Positions 53,330 through 64,000 of a stretch of 64,000 nucleotides of DNA are shown here, in pieces. Origin of the DNA: Kudoa neothunni (taxonomy: Eukaryota; Animalia; Cnidaria); assembly GCA_964304625.1 (NCBI GenBank), contig OZ199838.1, positions 9,327,245 to 9,391,244 on the forward strand, given 5' to 3'. The notes beneath the pieces are model-generated. The model worked only from the letters and a program-made list of their open reading frames with translations, made no database searches and was not told the origin of the DNA. Positions within the stretch are counted from its first letter, which is position 1; every line of letters starts with the position of its first letter. Made by a program: the position numbers and the translations under genes.

Positions 53330-54230
53330 GTAATTAAGATATAAAACTAGTGTTTCCCCCTCGAAATGGTACCTTTTTCTCTATGGGTTCCGTTACCTCA
53401 ACAACAAAATCAACGATAAAAAAAATATTTAAAATACTTTATTACTGGTCGATGGACAACACCATTATGTCGACCGGTTAGATGATAAATATTTCCAAAC
53501 CTACCACTTCTTCATGGTTTCGCAAGATTAGAAAAATATGCGTATTAAGTTTTGAGGAGCGACAAAAATTTGGTGAAGAAGATTACGTCATCGAAATCGA
53601 CAAGACTCTTCTTCACGGAAAGAGGTGTCATGTTTGGATGATCATTAATTTGATGACCCAATTACGTCGACTTATCGAAACTATTAGAACATTGTAGAAT
53701 GTTCTAAGGTACATTATCTACTATATAACTACGTTACGACTAGAGATTATTATCTATCGATATTTTGAGTGTTTGGTCTGTGCGTATTCTTAAAATGCAA
53801 CCTTCGAGCTCCATGGGTGACAAGAGGAAGCATAATCAGGGGAGATACAGAGATCGTGTAGACAGCCCTTGGGTTTTCGGACTTTGTTTTTGCAAGATAT
53901 GTGACGATGGGAAAAGGCAGCTCATGGAAGTCCGTTATTTCTACGTCCAGAAAAGAGACTAGGGAACTCTTATTCAAATCATCCAAAATGAGGTTCTTAA
54001 AGTGTCTATCGTCTGTAATGATGAATGGAGAGCCTGTAGTAACCTGAATTCACTTGGTTACAGGCATATAAAAATCAATTACTCAATTGAATATGTCCAA
54101 AACGGTGCCCATGCAAACACCATAGAAGCTTGTTAGGGGAGACTTAAAACAAAGTTTCTCCGAATTAAACGAGGCGATTCATTCCATAATTTGCCCGAAT
54201 ATTTGTGGAAAAATGGTTTCGATCAATTGT
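53330..54230 (+). mobile_element. Merlin/IS1595-family transposase pseudogene
   Basis: VIEIDKTLLHGKR, PWVFGLC, YVQKRD*GTLIQII, CNDEWRAC.NL..LGY.H and HANTIEAC*GRLK. Confidence 0.85.
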
Positions 54231-55401
54231 GGGAGAAGAATTTCAACTTTAAATAATATACTAACAAAAATTATGTTACTATATTAATGTAGTTATTAAT
54301 AAGTCTATCATATTTTATATAAATGCGTTTTTATTTGTTGTATTTAACGTAATAAATGTCAGAGGACGTATAATTAGAAATTTTATATTGGAAGTTAGAT
54401 ATGTAAATAATAAATTATTTATATTCAAAGCTAAATTATATTTTTTATTAATGTCTTTCTTCAATTTTGTAGCCAACAATATCAATATACGAGTAATATA
54501 ATTATTGTCAGTTCCAATTTCGCAAGTAATTGATGTATACAAATTTTTTCACTAATAACAATGTACAAATAAAAATTTATAAACTAAAATCAACGATTAT
54601 AGATGTGACTAAATGTTTTAAAAGTTAACTTGACATTTAGAAATAAAGATAGATGACACATTATTTCTTAATATTAGATAAGCTTATTTAGAAGGTTTAC
54701 TAGGTTAAATTTGGTATTTAAAGCTTAAAAAAATTTAAATAATGGTTAAAATGTATTAATCAGGATAAAATTTGCAAGTAATAAGCTATTTTCAGGTGTT
54801 TATTGCAAAACGATGTAGATTACATGTGTATTCGACTGTTGTCGAATAGGAATTAGGCAAAAATTTAGAAGTAATTAATTTGCACTCGGTATTCTTTTGA
54901 TTTATTATTGATAATCGTAAAAGAAAAAACGTGCGGAAGATGGTGTTTTTCTGGAGTCACATACTTTACTATTAACCACCGAAGTCTTCGGAGGATTAAA
55001 CATCATGGCTCAAAGAAGTGGGAGTGAATATCTGATTATATTTCGGATGTTTTTCCAATTTTAGGTCGTATTTTAAACAAAGAAATAACTGTTTTTTCAG
55101 TAATATTTAAGTTTATAGCTAGTTTTGTGTAAATTATATGTTGTGCGCTTGCGCTAAAAGTACATACTATCCGGCCGGGACCGGTAATACGTACAGTTTT
55201 CTCGTCTCCGGGGAGATTACGTACGACCGATCCATTACTGTATTTGTGTACGTTTGTGGGTACTCTTCTCCATAAATTTAGAAGTCTTATTAAAAATTAT
55301 ACTTTTTTCATGCTGTAGACTATAAATATCGACAAAACTTTTTATAAACGATTTATTTTGGCGTAGGTTGATGTTTGAAACATTGAATACCAATCGATTA
55401 A

Positions 55402-56475
55402 CCCTTATGTAATAACCATGGGTCCCACGAGCCCACCTATCTATCATTTTTAAAATATATTTTAAAAATGAACTTGTAATATTCTGTGTGTTCTCGCCAG
55501 AATTTCACCTAATTTTAAAAAATGTATTATTTATCGACTATTGATATAAAATGGATAAAAGTCCCGACGAAAATACTCAAAATGTAACGAAATTAGCAAC
55601 AAAATAATATAAAAGTGGCCCGTGAAGCCTATGGTTATTGTTAGGGCGTGTAATTTTCGATTTAAACCGATTTTATCATGATGGTTTGACCTTTATTTTT
55701 TCGGACTGTTTCGGAAAAGGGCGCCTTAACAAGAATGTACAGAAAAAGATGTGATTTGGAGCATTTTATTGATGACTGAGTTGATTTAAAAATTATTTCA
55801 AATGAAGTTGTTTACAAATATCACAAGTTAAAGTTACTTACAAAACAAAAACATGTGCAGAAACATTTGCATTATTGAAGCATCTTTGAATGATAGAATC
55901 GTTAAAGCGCATCTCTCCTAATTCCCTTTGTTATTAAGAGATCATAAAAATCAAAAAATAAAGATTTGTCTTGTTTCAGCAGATGTATACGATGGATTAC
56001 AATTTAAACTAATAGATAATCTCACAAAACCTAGAAGTTTTTCCTAAAAATATTGTCCTTCATCATGTTCACTTTCTAATGTTAAAACTTCCGTTGATAA
56101 GCAATTATCTACATTGTTTGAAAACAAGATTATATCAATGCTAATTTTTCCGACAATATTTTTTAAACAAACCGTTGTCTTCATTCGCAATTAAAACTTT
56201 TTTGGATATTAGGCACGTTCTTTAGGATGAGTGAACGTCTCTTTCGAGAGGAAAAATCTCGATGGTATTATAATTATATCAAAATAATGAAATTAAAATA
56301 TAATTTTATTATATTATATTACATTACATGAAATGTTAATTTGTGTTTTTTGCGTCATAGAGATGTTTGTGCAGATCTGTGTATAATCTCCTTTATTTAT
56401 AGACGTCGATTTAAACTGTCGACTTCTCCAAAAATGAATGTTGAAAATTGCATGCCCTAGTTAATTACATAAGGG
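55402..56475. mobile_element. piggyBac-type MITE, 1074 bp
   Basis: Perfect 12-bp TIRs CCCTTATGTAAT / ATTACATAAGGG with TTAA on both sides. Confidence 0.9.
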
Positions 56476-56997
56476 TTAATCAGGTTTCATGCCCAGTTAT
56501 AAACAATAATATATGAAGTTTTGATTTACTCAAAATTGAAAAAATATAGTTTTAAGCTGATGTCTCCTGGGATCCCCAAGATACCCCATGGACACACACG
56601 GGATTTTTTGAGCTCGGTACGGGAAGGGCTAACGTATTTATTTCTTGTAAAACAAAACGATATTTTTACTCTAATTAAAATAATAACATATTTAAACAGA
56701 ATTAGGCTCAGAACTTACTCTTCAGATTTCACTTAGCGGTAATCATTTTGCAACTAAATTCTATAAGTCCGATCAATTTTTCTTAGGTTCCAGCCGAGGG
56801 ATATATTGATATAAGAATTTTTGAATTTTTTTGAGGAACCTTATCGAAATTTAAGTTTTGATAACAACATTTTTACTCTCTGTATTATTTTTTAAATAAT
56901 GTAAATATAATAAAATTATATTTTGACTTTATTCAATGATTTTTTAAGGGTTTAATTTATATTGGTGCGCACGCAATCTCAAAATTAAGGGCGAAAT

Positions 56998-58254
56998 ATG
57001 AAACCGTTTGCCACCTTTGACGAAAAACATCTTAACAAGGTGTCCAGGAATATTGATGGAACACCGAGAACAATTGCTGAGTATATATGGAGTGTAAGGT
57101 AAATTCTGACCTTGATTCAAAGAGATATTATATCTGTACATCGTATTCAGAAATGAAGCGACAGAACTACCTTCGTGTAAAGTTTGCGAGAAAACAATTG
57201 ATGCAATGGAAGTCGGAAAAAATTCTCCGCATCCATTGTTGATGTTAAATGATAGATCGGAAGTATGCTGGTGCCATCGTGCTTCGATTAAAATAACAAA
57301 CTGGTTAGGATCTTTTATATTCTACCTGTAAATATTTTCCAACATCAGACACCCAAACCGAATGGTTGGACATGTTTTTACAGGCTAGACGTGTAAAAAA
57401 TAAATTATTTTTTGTTAATTATTTATGGCTGATACTTTGTTGCTTTAGCAAGTGGAAATATACAAAAAAAGTGACAACGTAGAGTTGGAAGCAGTTGTTG
57501 ATCGAGTTCCAGTATTTCTCACTAGTAGATTGGAATAAAATTTGTTTATAAATTTATTTTTGTGTAGCCAACAAACCTAAAAAGTGCAAACCAATGGATT
57601 AAGTTTTGTTTTGGAGTGGATGATGACGTTGAAAATTCGGCGGATAAGAATTCAAACAATAACCCTAGTTTAAATAGTTATGAGGTTAGTTATTGGTACA
57701 CGTTAATTGTTAACAAATAAGTATTAATTATTAGGATTATTTCCCACCATATATATCTCTTATTGGAAATTTAAAACAAGTAAATAATCAGCGAATTATA
57801 TTTTTAATGGAAAACTAATTTTTTAGAGTGAAATTTTTCAACTACTAAAATCTCACATAGCTTTTATGGAAAACACAGGCTACTCTTTGGAACAGGTAGA
57901 TTGACGTTATCGCTCGACGTTTGGAAATGTGGTGTAATTTTTATGTTAGGGTGTTTGGTTTTATGGATTATTGGTTATGGTTGAGAATACTACACTTAAT
58001 AGAATCGATTGTGACACGTTGCGCTCATTAGTTTTTGTCTTGGACGATTTCTATAAACAGTATTCCAAACATGTACATATTTTGGATATCTTGTAAGTTT
58101 TGACTATTGTTAGGCTGAAAATATGGATACGGGAAATGCTTTTAATATTTTGAAATCCATATTTCTGATTGTTGTAATTGTGAAGAAGTATTTTTTATTA
58201 CCGATCGGTTTCATTATCTTTTGTCATAGTTTTTTTGGCCAAAAAGATTTGTAA
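56998..58254 (+). CDS. GEMIN2: Gem-associated protein 2 (SMN complex), 10 exons
   Basis: Spliced translation has GTPRTIAEYIWSVRNEATELP, QWIKFCFG, FPPYISLIGNLKQ, GVWFYGLLVMVE and NFFGQKDL*. These match the Gemin2 motifs in order, and all nine GT-AG introns keep frame. Confidence 0.88.
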
Positions 58255-59228
58255 TCATGTAGTTTATATTATTCGGGTACTTTGTTTATATTTTTGTGAA
58301 CTATTCAATACTCGTTTTATATTTTCTACGTTTCGAACAAGCGCTTGGTTTATGCTAGCCTAGGAAAAGTTTCTTATTAATTTATCAATCAAAAAGCTTT
58401 ACTCTCATTTTCATCTTTAATTTTGTATATCTGTATACAAATTAAAATTCTGTTAGCAACAAATGAACACTAAAAAAATTTATTTGGAATTTAGAAATTA
58501 AATAAAATATATTTCATTTGAGTTTCTGTTAATGTATTGATCTATATACGATGAAGTCTATGAAAGTTATAAAAGCCCCCGGATTTTTCGTTAAGAAGGC
58601 CAAAGTAAGTTCAATTAATTTTACTTAATCCTTAAATTTAAAAGCTGAAACCCCCATTAACATTTAAATTTCTCAACATTTCTCTTACTATTAAACAAAA
58701 TTTTAAGTATACTATACTTCACAATAAAAATGGGCGTGGTTGAGATGTAATGTCTAAGAGTCATTATGTAGAACGAGTTGTAGAACATAATAGATAGTAA
58801 ATTTTTAAAAATTAATAAGTCCAGTTATTAGTTTGAGTTTGTAATTATTGTGTAAGAGAACATTTTCGTTTAGATTTTTGGTGCTTCCTGAACATGATTT
58901 AGAATTACATTAGGTGACCACTCACGCATTTTTCTAGAAACAACTCATGCTTTTTAAATATTAAAGGAGCAATTGTATTATTTTTGTCTTATATAATATT
59001 GTATAATTAAAGGTAATTGGAATAAAAATAATATAGAACATAGTCAAAAATCAAACCACGTGACAAGGCAATTTTAAATAGTTTTCTGGGTGAACATTGT
59101 TTATTGCTTGGTGTTTTTTATACTAAATAACTGGAAAAATTAAATGAAAATTATAAACATTCCTTATAAATATAAAATAATGACGGAATACAATAGCCTT
59201 TTATTGTGAGAAGAGAAAACTTCTACTA

Positions 59229-59652
59229 CCGCGTTCCCCGATTTTAAGGCAGGGCTTATATTTATTGGTTTAATAGGGGGCATTAGGTCTTATGTGCAGG
59301 ATAGGCCTTATATTTCTATAAAAAAATTTTCTATGCATTATTTAGCTTATATAACAGAATAAAAAAGATCTTTTTAACTGGACCAAATAATATTTTTACT
59401 GATAGAATTACGATTTGAAACATATAATTTAAAGTGTACGTTTACCTGTTGTTTAAAAATGAAGATAACACGATAATAAAATCTTAAAATTTATTTTTAA
59501 ATGGGTGTTACCTTTAAAATTTTAATTGTTATTAAATACTCAATAAAATTACATGGTTGGGGATATTTTGTTATTTAATTCATAATTTCAGGATTTGGGG
59601 TAGTTTATTAGGTCTTATTTTTGGGATGGATCTTATAACTGGGGAAAGTAGG
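59229..59652. mobile_element. Degenerate pogo-type MITE
   Basis: TA-CCGCGTTCCCCGATTTTAAG ... CTTATAACTGGGGAAAGTAGG-TA, with repeated internal GG(G/T)CTTAT motifs. Confidence 0.5.
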
Positions 59653-60959
59653 TACTATACACCTATTTAATGCGCTATAAATAAACATGCGTAATGGAAT
59701 CTCATAAAATAATAATTATTTATATAATTACTATAAAGATGAATTGGTTAAATCGATCTTAACAATTTCATTAGATCAAATAATGGTTCTCTGGGTCAAC
59801 ATATTTATAGCCGTATCCGACGAAGGCGATCCGGAATAAGTAAAGCGCTCCGTACGTATTAAATAAATGTAATTGTACTAAAAGATGGTAAATAGTCAAA
59901 TTTTATCCATATTTGTCTTATTGAGTTAAAAAATTATATTAAAAGGAAATATATTTTTATGGCGGACCTGCCAAATTGTTGATCCAACTATTATTTCTAA
60001 TTTGAAAGCTCGATCAATTATACATAAGATATTTTGCCGATTATATATACCAATTTAATGAGTTTGATTTTGTCAAAAAGCAATAATGCGGTAAAAAATA
60101 AAATTTCCAACCATATAATTGAGGAAAAAGTTGTGTTCCAACAGATGGAAATAATATTAAAGATTCAGTTTCAAAAAAGAGTAAAAAATTGAAAAGTGAC
60201 AAAAATATGTTTATTAAGATTTTTGAAGTGAATTCTTTTTACTTTAATTATATCCAGCAGTTAATAAACGTAAATCCATCATTTCTGTGCTGGTTCAAAA
60301 TAAAAGTGGTTATCAAGATTATTTAATTTAAGGAAGTGGCTATTGACATGGATCATAATATCGAGATAGGTATGGTTTTGACTGCATTTAATTATTTTTG
60401 GTCCTCCGCTACCGCTCCTAGAGGCCAAAAATAATTAAATACTGCAGATTCTAAGAAACAAACTTTATAGGTCAATTATAAATGGGAGTCACTGGGATTA
60501 AAAACTTACGTGTCAATACAGTAGGCAGTGCCTTAATTTAATCGTTGTGGCTATATCTCAGGTAGTGAATTTCTCGGAAAGTACTCAACATATTAAATCA
60601 AAAATTTACACATCGTTATAATTTAGTTTAACTTATGTTTTGCTTAAATTACAAAATTTTATGAAAATTTAAATATTTTACGTAAACAACGACATTACGA
60701 GTACCGGAATGATACTTATTCCACGTAAATTCCCGAATATAGTAATAAATTAAGAATAATTTAAATATAACAAAGATATTTTTATATTTGCGTTTATTTC
60801 TTTCGAATATAAGATATTTTAACTAAACAGATATAATTTATGATTGCAACCATACATATGCGCACACAGGTTTTCCGTGAATAATGAACTGACACCAAAA
60901 AAAAATTCAAACATCTATTCTTAATTCACATGAATTCATAGTCGAAACGTATTATTTTC

Positions 60960-63547
60960 TTTTCTTTCTGACTCTAATAGTTGTTAAATGTCTACCTCTT
61001 GGTCGACCAATGGATATTTTTGAAGGGATTTTTAAACCTTAAACAAAATTATCAAAATTAAAATTTATTTATTACCTTTCAATTGGGGTTGCTCCATTAT
61101 TATTGTTGATCCGTCTTGATTATTGATTTTCTGTTCTTGAACATTGTACTCACTATTTGAATGAGTTTTTGATATCGTATGTGGCGAATTTTCAATTAAT
61201 TCCTTTGTTGATTCCTAATATGGTTAAAATGAAATTTAATTAGAAAAAATTACTATTTCGTCAGTTTCCAATAGCTCCCCAACTAAATAAAATTATGAAG
61301 TATGATAATGATTATCAACAATCACGTGTATCAAGAAAATGATCGATAATTGTGTTATCGTGGTTTTTTATTATCCTTTCCAAAAAAAAATTGGTCTTAT
61401 TGATTTATCAAAAAGGTCTCGACAATATTCTGATGTTGTATTAGCCAACTTTGTTGTAAAAGTTGTCGCATATTTCAACTTTTGAGCGAAACTTTTTATT
61501 TTAACCTGCTTTTTTATCAATAATAGTAGAAGTTTTTCCGTCGTTATTTTCTGTTATTGGACCTGTTTTCAAAAATTTCATTCTCTATGACTTTGTCCAT
61601 CTTTCATGGCAGCATGGTAATGAGAATGATCGATAAACTAAACATGAACATGTCGACGGATTTGAACTTTCATTAAAGCTTGTCAATACGTTATCGTCAT
61701 TTAATAATGAGATTTGATCTCTCAACATAATATAGGCATATTTTGTCAAGCGTTGTTTGTAAAGAAATGTACATTCTACATTAAATGTTTCGTTTGAAAC
61801 ATAATACAATTGACTCATTGCTCTAACCTCCCTTCCTATTCGGACGGTATTCAAAAATGTTGAATAAGTTACAAATAAAATCACTTAAAGTACTGAATTT
61901 ATGAACAGCGCTTTTAATTTCCGAATTAATTGCTTCAACTCGATTGTTTGCACCATTATCATAAAAGTTTTTTGCATCACTGCTCCCAATATCCCATGCA
62001 CTGCAAATTGATTCCCAGTTCCTTTGAAAATATTCGCTCAATTTAACGTTGTTAAATAAATGAATTTTACCCACACAACTTTTATATTCGCTGTAATCAT
62101 TACAATGAATCATTTTCTGTAAGCATGTTAAAACTTCTTGACAACGACCAATAGAAATTGAGAATTTATTGTTGGTAATTTGCGTAACATGAAATTTACA
62201 CAGTATACTCGATGCGAGAAGAAAACTTCTTTTTAGGCATTTTATAAATTTTTTATCCTTATCGGTAACGATTGAGTTTACATTTGTTGTATACGCGCCA
62301 AATGCCGAAAGAATACACAAAGTTAACTGAAAAAGCGCGAGGGAGTCAATTAGTAAATATTAACAAATGTTTAAATAGGGTGAGGGGCTCTAAATCCCGA
62401 TATTGTCCGACCTTCATTTTTGACAATTCGTACCGCCGCTTTCGATGGTAAGAAGATTTCATAATGTGGTCAATGTTGAGGGGTGTATTGGTCCCACGTT
62501 TCTTCACCAAATCGAAGGAACAATGCAAGAGGTGTAATTCATGGAGAAACGGGAACCAAATACTCTTTGAATAAAGAAGGACATGGTTTCCAATTCTTAC
62601 CTCAACGGCCGCGGCGGGGATTCTGTTTTGGCGCCAATTCGTGGAAGGCTCGAGACCCAACAATATTGACTTGAAGCGTCGGTAACGTTTCAGTTAAAAC
62701 ATCTCCAACCCATTGAATAGCCGCTTCAATCTCCTCATATAGTATACACACACGTGATGTGTGTTAGCTCAATATTATCTACCCTCGCAGATAGATATAA
62801 TGGAGCTCTAAAACTATGATCACATTAGATTCAAATTTTTTTAATTAACTTGAATTAAGAAGTTTGTATGTTGCGTCTACAAACATCACCTCTGGATAAA
62901 ATTGCAAAAAGGATTCCATTTATTGTCTGCAAAAAATTCCATTAACAACGTGATATTTATCATATAAAATTCTAACGTAGCAGCTATAATTCTCCCTTAA
63001 AACTTTTTCTATCGCATCTAGGTTGAAGGGGAATAAATTATTGTTTTTCTAATATTATGGATAGACTTGAGACGAACATTTTTTCCGGTTTCACGCTGAA
63101 TTTTAGACTGAATCAATTTTTATTTGCCTCTGGGCGAATCAATTTAATTAAATGTTGATCATCTAAATCAATTTTCCCGTGTTATGGTAAATATCAGTAA
63201 ATCACTTGATTTGGTTCATGATTATGAACTAACATACAAGAACGTATTTCAAGAGCAGTTTCATCGACAGAAGTCTTAAGTGATATTTTAACAGGGCAGT
63301 CTCCCCTTAAAGCTGGTTTATTTCTACTGCCACAAGATTTTGGTTTGTTTTTACCACTGAAAATACAACAGTAAGTAATCTCATAATAACATAGAGTTGG
63401 GTGGACTGATTTAGTCATTTCGTCTCACATATTCGAAATAGTTCTGGCTTGATATTTATAAAAGTTACAAAAATTTGATTTTTTTAAATCTAAAATGGCA
63501 TTATCTAGATCTTCGAAGGTGACAAATCGTGTTCCAAGTGTAAACAT
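60960..63547 (-). mobile_element. Decayed MULE (Mutator/ZSWIM3-like) transposase gene
   Basis: Start MFTLGTRFVTFEDL, then CPVKI...HNH, YPEVMFVDATYKL, IVTDKD, LCKFHV, NNRVEAINSEIK and a SWIM motif CSC......LPCCH. Contains frameshifts and stops. Confidence 0.85.
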
Positions 63548-64000
63548 GTTTGAACTTAACGCGTGCGTAGTCAAATTGTTAGGGCAGAATGCGCGCTCAA
63601 AGCATGACTCGAAGGAACCAAAAATTGTTTAATCTATTATACTTAATTCTAGTAAAATCTTTTAATATATGAAAAATAATTATCATTCCCAATACTTGTG
63701 TTGTTGTCCTTTACGCAATATATTTAAATTTAAGGAAAACTTAAGTTAAACTAATTTATAATGATGAGTAAATTTTGAGTTTAATATGTTAAGTAATTTT
63801 CGAGAAATTCACTGCTTAATTTAATACGTTAAATGAAACGTATGCGTTTTTGGTAAACAGTTGAAACCACCTAACTATATTTGTCATTATTAAATTAATT
63901 ATTTGGGAATTTAAACAAAAATGACCGAAACTAATATTAAATCAATGAAAACTCGAAACATCTCCCTCAATATGAATCAATTTTAACTTAAAGCAATTGT

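Larger units (their letters stand above)
52412..56628. mobile_element. Possible piggyBac-type shell containing later insertions
   Basis: Ends TTAA-CCTTTCCGATACC and GGTACGGGAAGGG-CTAA match at 10 of 13 positions, and each has a GGGGTAT...CC subterminal motif. Confidence 0.4.

Noticed and set aside
55165-55285. U1 snRNA-like start ATACTATCCGG
   Set aside because: It lacks the ACTTAC 5' splice-site pairing sequence and the U1-70K and U1A loop motifs.
3855-58254. SmB and GEMIN2 as a functional snRNP-assembly cluster
   Set aside because: They are 52 kb apart with unrelated genes between them, so chance is sufficient without synteny evidence.
59812-59856. Hammerhead-ribozyme-like string CGTAT-CCGACGA-AGGCGATCC-GGAA...TC-CGTACG
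   Set aside because: Several core positions deviate from CUGANGA/GAAA and no stem III can be formed. At best a decayed Penelope-type remnant.
1-64000. CRISPR arrays, operons, prokaryotic defence systems, rRNA
   Set aside because: No regularly spaced repeats or rRNA-like sequence. The genes have spliceosomal introns, and the IS1595-like fragments are explained by eukaryotic Merlin elements.

Overview
Eukaryotic, very AT-rich animal genomic DNA with short GT-AG introns (mostly about 33-60 bp) and strongly diverged proteins. This pattern fits a streamlined, fast-evolving parasite such as a myxozoan, but that assignment is inference only. Manual splicing supports nine host genes: NUDCD1 and SmB (head-to-head), a compact SLX4, three co-oriented OATP/SLCO transporter paralogs, a GDA1/CD39 (NTPDase)-fold membrane protein with degenerate catalytic motifs, an atypical non-prenylated Rab-like GTPase, and GEMIN2 (10 micro-exons, invisible to the ORF track). 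Intergenic space is filled with decayed and often nested transposons: piggyBac, hAT, pogo/Tigger, Merlin/IS1595, Helitron, MULE, a gag remnant and a tRNA-derived SINE with a target-site duplication (TSD). The most interesting candidate is the predicted catalytically dead CD39-like surface protein lying among the expanded OATP transporters in a transposon-dense block. All family assignments come from motif recognition by eye, not from database searches.
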